From: Patescibacteria group bacterium UBA4787
Lineage (GTDB): Bacteria; Patescibacteriota; Patescibacteriia; UBA2591; UBA4787
Reading direction: 5' to 3'
Assembly: GCA_002402995.1 (NCBI GenBank)
Contig: DHGX01000003.1
Span: 82,309 to 146,308, forward strand
Length of the DNA: 64,000 bases
The notes below the pieces were generated by a model. That model was not told the origin of the DNA, made no database searches, and saw nothing but the letters and a program-made list of their open reading frames with translations. Position numbers and translations under genes: made by a program. Shown in pieces: positions 43,959-53,057 of this stretch (the stretch's first letter is position 1; every line of letters starts with the position of its first letter).

Positions 43959-44879
43959 TTGCCTTGCTGGGTAAATGCCAAACGCCAAAAACGTTATTTA
44001 AACAATATTAAGGAATACCAATTCCTTGATCTAAACTTCCAAGATACAAATGTCATTAAAAGGCGTTTGGCTCTGGAAGATGATATACGGGGTATGTCCG
44101 AAAAAGAGAAGGTTGTCTTTTCTCCTGAAAAAGAAGGTAAAAAAGAATTAATTTTCGACCAAAAGGAAACAATTCTAAAGAGCGCGGAGATTGACGGCGA
44201 ACCCAGGCGAGTGCAGGGAAGCAACGAAGTTTTTTATATAAAACTGGCTTCGCCGGAAGTGGCCGGCGCTATTTTTAAACCAGCGAGTGGCGAAGTAGAT
44301 TTTCCGGAGCTCGGTTATTGGTACGGCGATTATTATAAAAGAGAGCGCGCCGCTTATTTAGTGGATCGCTTTTTTAGTTTTAATTTAATTCCGCCTACGG
44401 TGATTCGTGAGATTAGCGGCGAAATCGGCTCTTTGCAAGAATATATTCCTATTCACCGAGCTGGGTGGCAGATTGAGAGCTTGTCCGACTTGGTCGCCAT
44501 AAATGAACAAGACTTCACTAAAATGGCAGTTTTAGATTTTATTATCTGGAATACAGGCCGGTCTTTGCCGAATATATTTATAGTGGATCAAAATAAACAA
44601 GAAAGATTAATCTGCATAGATAATAGTTTAAGTTTTCGCAAAGGTACGGTTCTGCGGGCCGAAGGCACAGACAAACTCCTTTCTTTAAAAGAAATACCCG
44701 AAGAAATTATTAATAACATAGAGAAGGCCTTTTCCAACAGAGAAAATTTAGAAATTTTGAGAAATATGTTAAATGAATTGCTCAAGTCGGAAGAAATAGA
44801 TAATTTTTTCGACCGCATAGAACGAGTAATGTATAAAAAAAGAATCACCGACGAAGATATCGCGGATTTTAGTTATTAA
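43959..44879 (+). CDS. PI3/PI4-kinase-family protein (type II PI4-kinase-like atypical kinase fold). The start is possibly the internal Met at about 44094.
   Basis: Lys-containing AIFKP segment. Catalytic-loop-like LDFIIWNTGRSLPN and LICIDNSLSF resemble the DxxxxN / IDNGLAF motifs of type II PI4-kinases. Assignment is from motif memory only. Confidence 0.4.
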   Translation: MPCWVNAKRQKRYLNNIKEYQFLDLNFQDTNVIKRRLALEDDIRGMSEKEKVVFSPEKEGKKELIFDQKETILKSAEIDGEPRRVQGSNEVFYIKLASPEVAGAIFKPASGEVDFPELGYWYGDYYKRERAAYLVDRFFSFNLIPPTVIREISGEIGSLQEYIPIHRAGWQIESLSDLVAINEQDFTKMAVLDFIIWNTGRSLPNIFIVDQNKQERLICIDNSLSFRKGTVLRAEGTDKLLSLKEIPEEIINNIEKAFSNRENLEILRNMLNELLKSEEIDNFFDRIERVMYKKRITDEDIADFSY

Positions 44880-44899
44880 TTAAAATAATTCACGAAAAG

Positions 44900-45157
44900 A
44901 TGTATTTTGTTGAAATTTTCAAATTAGAAAGCAACGCCTCGCAATCATTGCTGGCCAATTGTTTTTTGGAAAACGGGTCGATTAACTTTAAGGGCGATGA
45001 AAAATTTATTGAGTCTTTGAGGCAAAACGGGATTACTGATTATTCTTCAGTTGATAAGAATAAATTATTTCCTATAGATGGTTTAAAATTTTTAGAACAA
45101 TTAAAGTATAATTTTCGTTCGGGCTATTTGAACGCCACGGACATTAAAGAGATATAA
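44900..45157 (+). CDS. Hypothetical small protein.
   Basis: 85-aa ORF between the kinase-like gene and pnp. No identifiable domain. Confidence 0.35.
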   Translation: MYFVEIFKLESNASQSLLANCFLENGSINFKGDEKFIESLRQNGITDYSSVDKNKLFPIDGLKFLEQLKYNFRSGYLNATDIKEI

Positions 45158-45161
45158 ATCT

Positions 45162-47435
45162 ATGTTAAAACAATTTGAGACAGAATTTAATGGCAGGAAG
45201 TTAATCGTTAAAACCGGCGAATGGGTTGGCCAAGCTAATGGCGCTTGCACGGTCCAATACGGCGAAACGGTTGTTTTAGCCACGGCCGTGATGGGGAAAG
45301 AAGATCGCGAAGGCGTAGACTTTCTTCCTTTAACCGTAGAATATGAAGAGCGTTTTTACGCAGCCGGAAAAATAAAAGGTTCAAAGTTTATTAAACGCGA
45401 AACTCGGCCGCCAGACGAAGCTATTTTAGCTGGTCGTTTAATCGACAGGCCTATCCGTCCTTTATTCAATCAAGAAACGCGCCGCGAGATTCAGGTTGTC
45501 AATACCGTTCTTTCTTTGGATCAGGAGAACGATCCTGATATTATTGCTTTATACGCGACGAGTTGCGCTTTAGCGATCTCTGATATCCCTTGGGAAGGGC
45601 CGGTGGTCGGCGTGCGCGTTGGCCGCGTTGACGGGCAATTAATTATTAATCCGACTTATGCCCAGCGCCTTACCAGCGATTTAGATTTGGTGGTGGCCGG
45701 AACCGGCGATAGGATTTTAATGCTTGAAGCCGGCGCCAAGGAAATTCCCGAAGATCAAATGTACGAGGCGATGGACGCAACTAGGAAAGAAATAAAACAA
45801 TTAATGGAATTCTTTAATAAAATACGAAAAGAAATAGGAAAAACTAAAGCCGTGATAGAGAAAAAAACAGATGAATCTTCGCCAACTGACGAGGAATTAA
45901 AAAAGTTGGCGGAAGATTTTGTGGAAGAGCGCGGAGACGATTATTTATTTAAGACATTCTTAAAAGTAAAAGAGCAGCGGACTGGCGCGGCCGAGGCCTT
46001 AAGCCACAAGATAGACGAGATGTTGTTAGAAAAAGGTGTTGGCAAAGATCGCCGCGGCAAAATTTATAACTATGTTCATAGTCTTATTTATAAAGCGGTT
46101 GGCCGGAAAATTCTAGAGAAAGGCCAGCGCATCGACGGCCGCGCCTTAGACGAGATTAGGCCTTTGGCTACAGCGGTTCATGTTTTACCGCGTCCGCACG
46201 GTTCAGCGGTATTTTCCCGCGGCGAAACGCAAGTTCTGGCAACTGTTACCTTGGGCGCGCCCGGTATGGAGCAATATTTAGACACTATGGAAGAAAGCGG
46301 CCGCAAGCGTTTTATGCATCATTATAATTTTCCGCCTTATTGCAGCGGAGAAGTTAAACCATTAAGGCAAACCGGCAGGCGAGAAACAGGCCACGGCGCT
46401 TTGGTGGAAAGGGGTATCGCCGCCATTATTCCGGACCAAGACATTTTTCCTTATACTATTAGAGTCGTATCCGAAGTTTTATCTTCAAACGGTTCGACTT
46501 CAATGGCTTCTTGTTGCGCTTCGATGCTATCTTTGATGGACGCGGGCGTGCCGGTTAAAAATATCGTAGCCGGCGTGGCCATCGGTTTAGCTTCGGAAGA
46601 AGTAGACAAGGAAATGAAGCGTTATAAAGTTTTTACCGACTTGCAAGACCTGGAAGACGGTCCGGGCGGTATGGACTTTAAGGTAATCGGTTCCAATAAA
46701 GGCATTACCGCGATTCAAATGGATACTAAAACTTACGGCCTGACTTTTGATATTATCCGCGACGCGTTATCAGCGGCTAAAAAAGGCAGAGAAGATATTT
46801 TAGGAATTATTACCGCCGAATTAGCGGCTCCGCGAGCGGAACTGTCTACTTATGCGCCGAGAATCATTTCCTTTAAAATTGATATTGAAAAAATTCGCGA
46901 AGTTATCGGTCCGGGCGGTAAGGTTATTAATGGTATTATCGCTAAAACCGGCGCCACGATTGATATTGCTCAAGACGGCACGGTGGCAGTAACTTCTACG
47001 AATGGCGAGGGTATGGAAAAAGCCATTAATATGATTAAAGATATCGTGCGGGAAGTTGAAGTAGGGGAAGAATTTGAAGGCACGGTTACGAGAATACTTG
47101 ATTTCGGCGCTTTTGTGGAATTGATTCCCGGCACCGAAGGTATGGTTCATGTTTCGCAAATGGCCGCTGGCCGCACCGAACACCCGTCAGATGTTATGAA
47201 AATAGGCGACAAGGTCAAAGTCAAAGTTATTGAAAAAGACGAGAAGGGCAGAATCAATCTTTCAATGCGCGCTTTAATGAAAGACGAAAGCGGCAATCCT
47301 TTGCCGGAATTGCCGGCTCGCCCCGCAAGATCAAGTTTCGGCGGCGGGAGACCCCGTTTTGGCAGCCGAGGCGGCGATGATCGTGGCGGTAGTCGTGGCG
47401 GATTTCGGCCGCACCGAAAATCTTTTAATGACTAA
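45162..47435 (+). CDS. pnp: Polyribonucleotide nucleotidyltransferase (PNPase) with KH and S1 domains and an RGG-rich tail.
   Basis: Two RNase PH-like domains, a KH domain (GPGGKVINGI) and an S1 domain. The C-terminal Gly/Arg-rich tail is RPRFGSRGGDDRGGSRGGFRP. Confidence 0.92.
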   Translation: MLKQFETEFNGRKLIVKTGEWVGQANGACTVQYGETVVLATAVMGKEDREGVDFLPLTVEYEERFYAAGKIKGSKFIKRETRPPDEAILAGRLIDRPIRPLFNQETRREIQVVNTVLSLDQENDPDIIALYATSCALAISDIPWEGPVVGVRVGRVDGQLIINPTYAQRLTSDLDLVVAGTGDRILMLEAGAKEIPEDQMYEAMDATRKEIKQLMEFFNKIRKEIGKTKAVIEKKTDESSPTDEELKKLAEDFVEERGDDYLFKTFLKVKEQRTGAAEALSHKIDEMLLEKGVGKDRRGKIYNYVHSLIYKAVGRKILEKGQRIDGRALDEIRPLATAVHVLPRPHGSAVFSRGETQVLATVTLGAPGMEQYLDTMEESGRKRFMHHYNFPPYCSGEVKPLRQTGRRETGHGALVERGIAAIIPDQDIFPYTIRVVSEVLSSNGSTSMASCCASMLSLMDAGVPVKNIVAGVAIGLASEEVDKEMKRYKVFTDLQDLEDGPGGMDFKVIGSNKGITAIQMDTKTYGLTFDIIRDALSAAKKGREDILGIITAELAAPRAELSTYAPRIISFKIDIEKIREVIGPGGKVINGIIAKTGATIDIAQDGTVAVTSTNGEGMEKAINMIKDIVREVEVGEEFEGTVTRILDFGAFVELIPGTEGMVHVSQMAAGRTEHPSDVMKIGDKVKVKVIEKDEKGRINLSMRALMKDESGNPLPELPARPARSSFGGGRPRFGSRGGDDRGGSRGGFRPHRKSFND

Positions 47436-47453
47436 ATCTCGAAGCGAGAAGCA

Positions 47454-47580
47454 TGAATTACGAGAAAATAGTCCCGATTAGTACAAAAACTAAAAGTTTT
47501 TGTTTACTAATCGAGGATCCACGATTTTGGAGCCATCGCAAAGCGATGGACAAAATCGGGAAAAGTAGTAAGTAGAAAGT
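47454..47580 (+). repeat. 127-bp perfect direct repeat, copy 1 (copy 2 at 52793-52919). It contains two perfect hairpins and a 40-codon ORF (MNYEKIVPISTKTKSFCLLIEDPRFWSHRKAMDKIGKSSK).
   Basis: I read the two copies as identical over about 127 nt. They lie 3' of pnp and glmS respectively. The unit begins at an ATG and ends just after an in-frame TAG. Confidence 0.85.
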
Positions 47581-47766
47581 AGAATCCGCTCAGTTTACCC
47601 CGTAGCGACGCGTAGTGTCTGCTATTCGGGGCTGGCGGAGTAGGCGAGTAATTCCAAAATTCCCAGCCCAAGGCTGGTCCGCCTCTGGCGGAAAAAATAA
47701 ATTTTTACTGCAGGGATAGAAAAAGGACACAGATTTTTTCTGTGCCCTTTTTTGTTTTGGCGATTA

Positions 47767-47979
47767 TTAACGACTATTCCGACTCCCGATGATGAAGTAG
47801 ATGATACCGACGATAATACCACCGACAATACCGCCAACAACATTACCGACAATACCGCCAACAACATTACCAACAACACTACAGGCGATGATGCCGATGA
47901 TGCCGAGGATGATGCCGATGATGCCGCCACGGACGATCTGGACGAATAAGACCAGGGTGATGTAGTCGATAAGGTTCAT
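47767..47979 (-). CDS. Small Gly/Ile/Val-rich hydrophobic membrane protein (70 aa) encoded partly by tandem 24-nt repeats.
   Basis: GGAG-type RBS about 8 nt upstream of the ATG, and a conserved terminator immediately downstream. The repeated peptide unit is GNVVGGIV. The overlapping + strand acidic ORF was rejected. Confidence 0.5.
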   Translation of the reverse strand: MNLIDYITLVLFVQIVRGGIIGIILGIIGIIACSVVGNVVGGIVGNVVGGIVGGIIVGIIYFIIGSRNSR

Positions 47980-48257
47980 GGAAGTTTTCTCCGTTTGTTG
48001 TTATTTAAAGAACTGTTAATGCTTGATTTGATTTAAGATAATTGTAATAAATTTTGACGATTTTGTCAACCCCTCACATGGGAATGATTAAGGAATTTAA
48101 TATATTTTTCCTTTGATATATAAAACAAAAACCAAGAATCTATTTAAAATAAAAAGCGTCTTTCTCTACAAAGACAAAACATATCGTTCCCATGTGAGGG
48201 GCTTCGTTCATTTGCCATCGATGATTTTTCTTATTATAATTATTTTTCATTATTCTA

Positions 48258-48311
48258 CTCCGAACCACGTCGGGTTCGGGGTAGCCCAGCACCCTACGTG
48301 GCGCAGGGCTA
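48258..48311. repeat. REP-like double-hairpin element, copy 2.
   Basis: Reads ctccgaaccacgtcgggttcgggg + tagcccagcaccctacgtggcgcagggcta, directly followed by leader-element copy 2. Confidence 0.8.
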
Positions 48312-48317
48312 ACTTCT

Positions 48318-48383
48318 CCCGACGCCTTGGTCGGGATCCTCGATTTCTTTACCAAATCAAAAGATTTGGAAGAAATCGGGATA
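48318..48383 (+). promoter_or_regulatory. Conserved two-hairpin leader element, copy 2, ending about 12 nt before the radical-SAM gene ATG.
   Basis: Near-identical to 4535-4600. Confidence 0.6.
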
Positions 48384-48394
48384 TATTCTATTTT

Positions 48395-49099
48395 ATGTTT
48401 TTCCGCGGTTGGCAAAAACAATCTTTAATTGAATGGCCGGGTAAAATTTCAACGGTTGTTTTTATGGGTGGATGTAATTTTTCATGTCCTTGGTGTTATA
48501 ACCGAGACTTAGTTTTAAACAGCGAATATCTGCCCAAAATTTTCGAAGAAGAAATTTTAGAATATTTGAATAAAAATAAAGATTTTTTGGACGCCTTGGT
48601 GGTGACCGGCGGAGAACCGACGCTTTGCGGCGACAGCGGTGATTTGTGGCTGTTTTTTGAAAAAATTAAAAAAGCGGGATTTTTGGTTGGGTTGGAGACA
48701 AACGGCACTTATCCGAAGATTATTGAAAAATTATTAAAAAATAAATTAATAGATTATTTAGCTATGGATATAAAGGCGCCGTTAAATCATGAAAAATATG
48801 ATCAACTCGCCGGCGCGGAAATTAATTTAGAGGACATTAAGAAATCAATTAGTTTGATCAAAGGATCTGATATTGATTATGAGTTTCGCACGACCGTTGT
48901 CCCCGGACTGTTAACTGTTGACGATATTAAAAAAATAGCGCAGGAAATAAAAGGAGCTAATCGTTATGTTCTGCAAAAATTTCGTTCCGAAAACAGCTTG
49001 TTAGCCGGAGATAGAACACCCGAAAATGCTCAAGAATTAGACCTTAACGCGTTAGCGAAAAAAATTGATCCACTTGTCAAATGTCTAATTCGGGCTTAA
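48395..49099 (+). CDS. Radical SAM activating enzyme, anaerobic ribonucleotide reductase activase (NrdG)-like.
   Basis: Cysteine motif GGCNFSCPWCYN and a glycine-rich SAM-binding segment VVTGGEPTL. Start set to the ATG at 48395, because the upstream part of the track ORF translates repeat elements. Confidence 0.65.
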   Translation: MFFRGWQKQSLIEWPGKISTVVFMGGCNFSCPWCYNRDLVLNSEYLPKIFEEEILEYLNKNKDFLDALVVTGGEPTLCGDSGDLWLFFEKIKKAGFLVGLETNGTYPKIIEKLLKNKLIDYLAMDIKAPLNHEKYDQLAGAEINLEDIKKSISLIKGSDIDYEFRTTVVPGLLTVDDIKKIAQEIKGANRYVLQKFRSENSLLAGDRTPENAQELDLNALAKKIDPLVKCLIRA

Positions 49100-49107
49100 A
49101 ATTATTA

Positions 49108-49160
49108 TCAAGCGAGCGAGCGAAATAAAAATTTTATTTTTATTTCCGAGCAAGCGCAGA
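49108..49160. repeat. GAGCGAG-flanked AT-palindrome element (aagcgagcgagcg-aaataaaaattttatttttattt-ccgagcaagcgc), copy 2 of 3 (others at 2866-2915 and 57885-57940 inverted).
   Basis: Read directly. All copies lie just past the 3' ends of genes. Confidence 0.7.
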
Positions 49161-49229
49161 TATCAAAAGGTTTAATACCTTTTATCTTAAGAGTTCATTA
49201 AAACAATCAACAGAAAGGGGGTGGCGATC

Positions 49230-49658
49230 ATGTCTCGAGGTCTTTATTATCAGACATACGGTAAAAGACTGGATAAGATGGAGCTGTATCGGTGGCTGGC
49301 CAAAATTTTTAAGCTTCTGAGAAGCGGCAAGCTTGTGGTCATTTTCCCTGATCGCCGGACTATCGCTGCCAATGAACGCATACTTCCGGGCAGCAAAAGA
49401 AAGAAGCCGCCACATTTCTTCGGTGATGCCACAGACAAAGAGACGAGCAAGAAAATTATTCGTCTCAATCCTTATCGGCGCGGATTCTTCAATAGCTTGC
49501 TTCACGAATGTCTTCATCTGGTCGCGCCCGACATGCCGCACGCGTTAATTTATCGGCTTCCCGAAATGATGGTTAGGCAAATGACTTCGAGTCATTACGC
49601 CCGTTTACTAAAACTCTTGGCTCGCAATATCCGCTACCAGCCCAAAGTCAAAAAATAA
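49230..49658 (+). CDS. Hypothetical protein with an HExxH motif (HECLHLVAPDMPH), a possible small metallopeptidase-like protein, in a GC-rich island.
   Basis: Strong RBS aaagggggtg about 7 nt upstream of the ATG at 49230. Followed by a strong terminator at 49659-49694. G+C visibly elevated. Confidence 0.55.
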   Translation: MSRGLYYQTYGKRLDKMELYRWLAKIFKLLRSGKLVVIFPDRRTIAANERILPGSKRKKPPHFFGDATDKETSKKIIRLNPYRRGFFNSLLHECLHLVAPDMPHALIYRLPEMMVRQMTSSHYARLLKLLARNIRYQPKVKK

Positions 49659-49762
49659 AAGGCGGTTCAAGGAAATACTTGACCGCCTTTTCATTTATTG
49701 TATTTTTTAAAAAAACTGGCATAATATTATCATAGAGAAAGGAAAAATTAATATTATAAAAA

Positions 49763-50858
49763 ATGCTTAAAGACTTAATCAACAAATTGGAAATTCTAAA
49801 AGAACGTTTTTCCAAGACACAGGGGTTTCTTTGACTTCTCTAAAATCAGAAAAGAAATTATTGATTTAGAAGAAAAGTCGGCCGAAATCAATTTTTGGCA
49901 AAATCCACCCGAAGCAGAGAAAATAATGAAACGACTAGGCGGTCTTAGAGAGAGTCTGGCCAAATGGGAATCATTAGAGAAGAACATCAACGATCTTTTA
50001 GAGGTTGCTCATTTAGATAACGAAGATGCCAGTGTTTCTTTGCGTCCGGAAATAGAAACAAAAATTATTGAATTAGAGAAAGAATTGGTTAAAATGGAGC
50101 TCCTGATTTTTTTGGGAAAGAAATACGATAAAAGCGACGCGATTTTATCAATTCATGCCGGTACCGGCGGGGTGGATGCTCAAGATTGGGCGGAAATGCT
50201 TTTGCGCATGTATCTTAGATTCGCGGAAAAACGAGATTGGCAAGTCAAGATTGTAGAAATCAGCGCTGCTTCGGAAGCAGGCATTAAAAGCGTTACACTT
50301 GAAATATCAGGCGATTACGCTTATGGAAATTTGAAAGGCGAGGCAGGAGTTCACCGCTTAGTGCGCATTTCACCTTTTGACTCGGAAAAGATGCGACACA
50401 CTTCATTCGTCTTAGTGGAAGTGATTCCGGAGATAGAAGACGCGAAAATAGAGATTAAACCGGATGATATAAAAATTGACACATATTTATCTTCCGGCGC
50501 GGGTGGACAAAATGTTCAAAAAGTGGAAACTGCCGTCAGGATTACTCATTTGCCGAGCAGGATTTCGGTAAGTTGCCAAAGCGAACGTTCGCAACATCAA
50601 AATCGTGAACGCGCCATGAAAATTTTGCAGGCCAAACTTTATCAATATTATGAAGCGAAAGTAGAGGCCGAGAGGGAAAGATTGCGCGGCGAATATAAAA
50701 GCGCTTCATGGGGCAATCAGATTCGTTCTTATGTTTTGCAGCCGTATAAAATGGTTAAAGATCATCGGACGAATTACGAAACCAGCGATATTCAAAAAGT
50801 TTTAGACGGATATTTAGATGAATTTATAGAAAGTTATCTTAGGGAGCGTAAAGCGTAA
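49763..50858 (+). CDS. prfB: Peptide chain release factor 2, with a programmed +1 ribosomal frameshift at CTT TGA C (49829-49835).
   Basis: ORF1 MLKDLINKLEILKERFSKTQGFL ends at TGA 49832-49834. It is preceded by the internal SD-like AGGGG and followed by C, the canonical RF2 autoregulatory site. The +1 frame continues into the RF2 body (SPFDSEK..., GGQNVQKVETAV). Confidence 0.9.
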
Positions 50859-50937
50859 AATGCAAAGCGTAAAACAACAGCGTAAAATTTAAAATTTATT
50901 TTTTACTTTTAACCTTTAATTTTTAACTTTTAAAAAT

Positions 50938-52776
50938 ATGTGCGGAATAGTTGGTTATATCGGCAAAGATGATGGCACAGAAATCTGCCTTAAAGGATTA
51001 AAAAGGTTAGAATATCGCGGTTATGATTCGGCTGGTATGGCGGTTGTTGATAATCAAGAAATTAAATCTATAAAGGTTAAGGGCAGGGTGGCGGCTTTAG
51101 AAGAGAAACAAAAAAATAATCCGCTTAAGGGATCGCTTGTTATTGCTCATACGCGTTGGGCAACGCATGGCGTGCCTTCAGAGGAAAACGCGCACCCGCA
51201 TTTCGATTGTCATAAACAGTTCGCGATTGTCCATAACGGCATCATTGAAAATTACGCGAGCTTAAAAAGGTGGTTAGAAGAAAAAGGCCATAAATTTACT
51301 TCTCAAACCGACACAGAAGTTATCCCGCATTTGATCGAAGATTATTACGAAGGGGATTTGGTCGCTACTGTGCAAAAAGTTTTGTCTTTAGTGGAAGGAA
51401 CTTATGGATTGGCGATTATTTCCGCGAAAGAACCCGACAAAATGGTGGCGGCGCGCTGCGGCAGTCCTTTAATTCTCGGCATTTGCGATAACGGCGATTA
51501 TATTGTGGCTTCTGACCCCACAGCCGTGGTTGAATACACGCGCAAGGTCGTTTATTTAAATGACCGCGAAGTGGTTGTTTTAAATCATGGGAGTTATCAA
51601 ATTTTTACTTTAGACAACAAAGAAGTGGAGCGCGAGACAAGTGAGATCGCCTGGGATCTGGCGCAGATTGAAAAAGGCGGTTTTCCTCATTTTATGTTGA
51701 AAGAAATTTTTAATCAGCCGGATACTGTAAGCAACGCGATGCGCGGCAGAATTATTTTAAGCGAGAATAGGGTGAAGCTCGGCGGTTTGATTGATTATCT
51801 GGATTCTCTGGCGAAATCAGAAAGAATAGTTTTTGTGGCTTGCGGCACAAGCTGGCACGCCGGTTTAATCGCAGAATACCTTTTTGAAAATTTAGCCAGT
51901 TTGCCGACCGAAGTAGAATACGCTTCGGAATTTCGTTATAAGGGCTCAATCGTCAACACCGACACGCCCTATTTTGTAATCAGTCAATCAGGCGAGACAG
52001 CCGATACTTTGGAATCTCTACGTAAGGTTAAAAGCGCGGGCGGAAAAGTTTTCGGTATTGTGAACGTGGTGGGTTCAACTATTGCCCGCGAAACCGACGC
52101 AGGCATTTATTTGCACGCCGGACCGGAAATCGGCGTGGCTTCAACTAAGGCCTTTACTTCACAGGTGACGGTTTTATCCTTGCTGGCTTTGTATTTAGCG
52201 AAAGCGCGAGGAAAAATGTCTGATGAAGATATGCAGGCCAGGCTTAATTCGGTTTTAGCTTTGCCTAAAATTATTGAAAAGATTTTGAAAAACGCCGATT
52301 CCATTAAAAATATCGCGGAAAGATACATCAAATATAATAATTTTCTTTATTTGGGACGAGGCTATAATTTCCCGGTGGCTTTAGAGGGCGCCTTGAAGCT
52401 TAAAGAAATTTCCTATATCCACGCCGAAGGCTATCCGGCCGCGGAAATGAAACACGGCCCGATTGCCTTAATTGATCAAAATATGCCGGTTGTGGTTGTC
52501 GCCACGGACACCGAAGATATAATTTATCAGAAAGTGATGAGTAATATTGAAGAGGTCAGGGCGCGCGGCGGAAATATTATCGCCATCGCCACCGAAGGGA
52601 ATGAAGACATTAAAAATTTCGCCACCGAAGTTATTTATGTTCCCAAAACCGCCGGTTTTATTTCGCCGATTGTTAATGTTATCCCGCTTCAACTGTTATC
52701 TTATTATATGGCCGCGGCCAGAGGATGCGACATTGATAAGCCGAGAAATTTGGCCAAATCAGTTACTGTGGAGTAG
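50938..52776 (+). CDS. glmS: Glutamine--fructose-6-phosphate aminotransferase.
   Basis: N-terminal MCGIVGYIG glutaminase nucleophile and two SIS domains. Confidence 0.92.
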   Translation: MCGIVGYIGKDDGTEICLKGLKRLEYRGYDSAGMAVVDNQEIKSIKVKGRVAALEEKQKNNPLKGSLVIAHTRWATHGVPSEENAHPHFDCHKQFAIVHNGIIENYASLKRWLEEKGHKFTSQTDTEVIPHLIEDYYEGDLVATVQKVLSLVEGTYGLAIISAKEPDKMVAARCGSPLILGICDNGDYIVASDPTAVVEYTRKVVYLNDREVVVLNHGSYQIFTLDNKEVERETSEIAWDLAQIEKGGFPHFMLKEIFNQPDTVSNAMRGRIILSENRVKLGGLIDYLDSLAKSERIVFVACGTSWHAGLIAEYLFENLASLPTEVEYASEFRYKGSIVNTDTPYFVISQSGETADTLESLRKVKSAGGKVFGIVNVVGSTIARETDAGIYLHAGPEIGVASTKAFTSQVTVLSLLALYLAKARGKMSDEDMQARLNSVLALPKIIEKILKNADSIKNIAERYIKYNNFLYLGRGYNFPVALEGALKLKEISYIHAEGYPAAEMKHGPIALIDQNMPVVVVATDTEDIIYQKVMSNIEEVRARGGNIIAIATEGNEDIKNFATEVIYVPKTAGFISPIVNVIPLQLLSYYMAAARGCDIDKPRNLAKSVTVE

Positions 52777-52792
52777 GACGGAAGCATGGAGC

Positions 52793-52919
52793 ATGAATTA
52801 CGAGAAAATAGTCCCGATTAGTACAAAAACTAAAAGTTTTTGTTTACTAATCGAGGATCCACGATTTTGGAGCCATCGCAAAGCGATGGACAAAATCGGG
52901 AAAAGTAGTAAGTAGAAAG
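52793..52919 (+). repeat. 127-bp perfect direct repeat, copy 2.
   Basis: Identical to 47454-47580. Confidence 0.85.
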
Positions 52920-53057
52920 TAAAATAAAGCGTGAAGTTTGTTTCTGGGAGGTCGCACTCTCTGAGGGTGCGACCTCTAAAAAATAAATCTTTATATCAAA
53001 TTTTTACTATGGTAATAGAAAAAGGACACAGATTTTTTCTGTGTCCTTTGAGCGATC

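Noticed and set aside
47800-47880. Possible CRISPR array (regular 24-nt tandem repeats). Also considered for the heptamer tracts at 9238-9295.
   Set aside because: The repeats are contiguous without unique spacers. Here they are in-frame coding repeats, and at 9238 they are 7-nt microsatellite-like units. No cas genes are nearby.
47752-47949. 65-aa acidic Asp/Asn/Thr-rich + strand ORF.
   Set aside because: This is the mirror frame of the tandem 24-nt repeats. The minus-strand Gly/Ile/Val peptide has a GGAG RBS and a downstream terminator, so the + strand ORF is judged an artefact, though not with certainty.
48113-48394. N-terminal 94-codon extension of the radical-SAM ORF. The same applies to the 4505-4612 extension of rarA and the 7723-7848 extension of the HtrA-like gene.
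   Set aside because: The extensions translate the REP-like and leader repeat elements, or overlap the upstream gene. Conserved protein sequence begins at the internal ATGs.
50859-50937. glmS ribozyme upstream of glmS.
   Set aside because: The spacer between prfB and glmS is only about 79 nt and AT-rich. It has no room for, and no resemblance to, the roughly 170-nt glmS ribozyme core.
52547-52915. 122-aa + strand ORF overlapping the 3' end of glmS.
   Set aside because: Most of it is an out-of-frame read of glmS. Only the final 40 codons, which lie inside the 127-bp repeat, are retained, and they are discussed as a finding.
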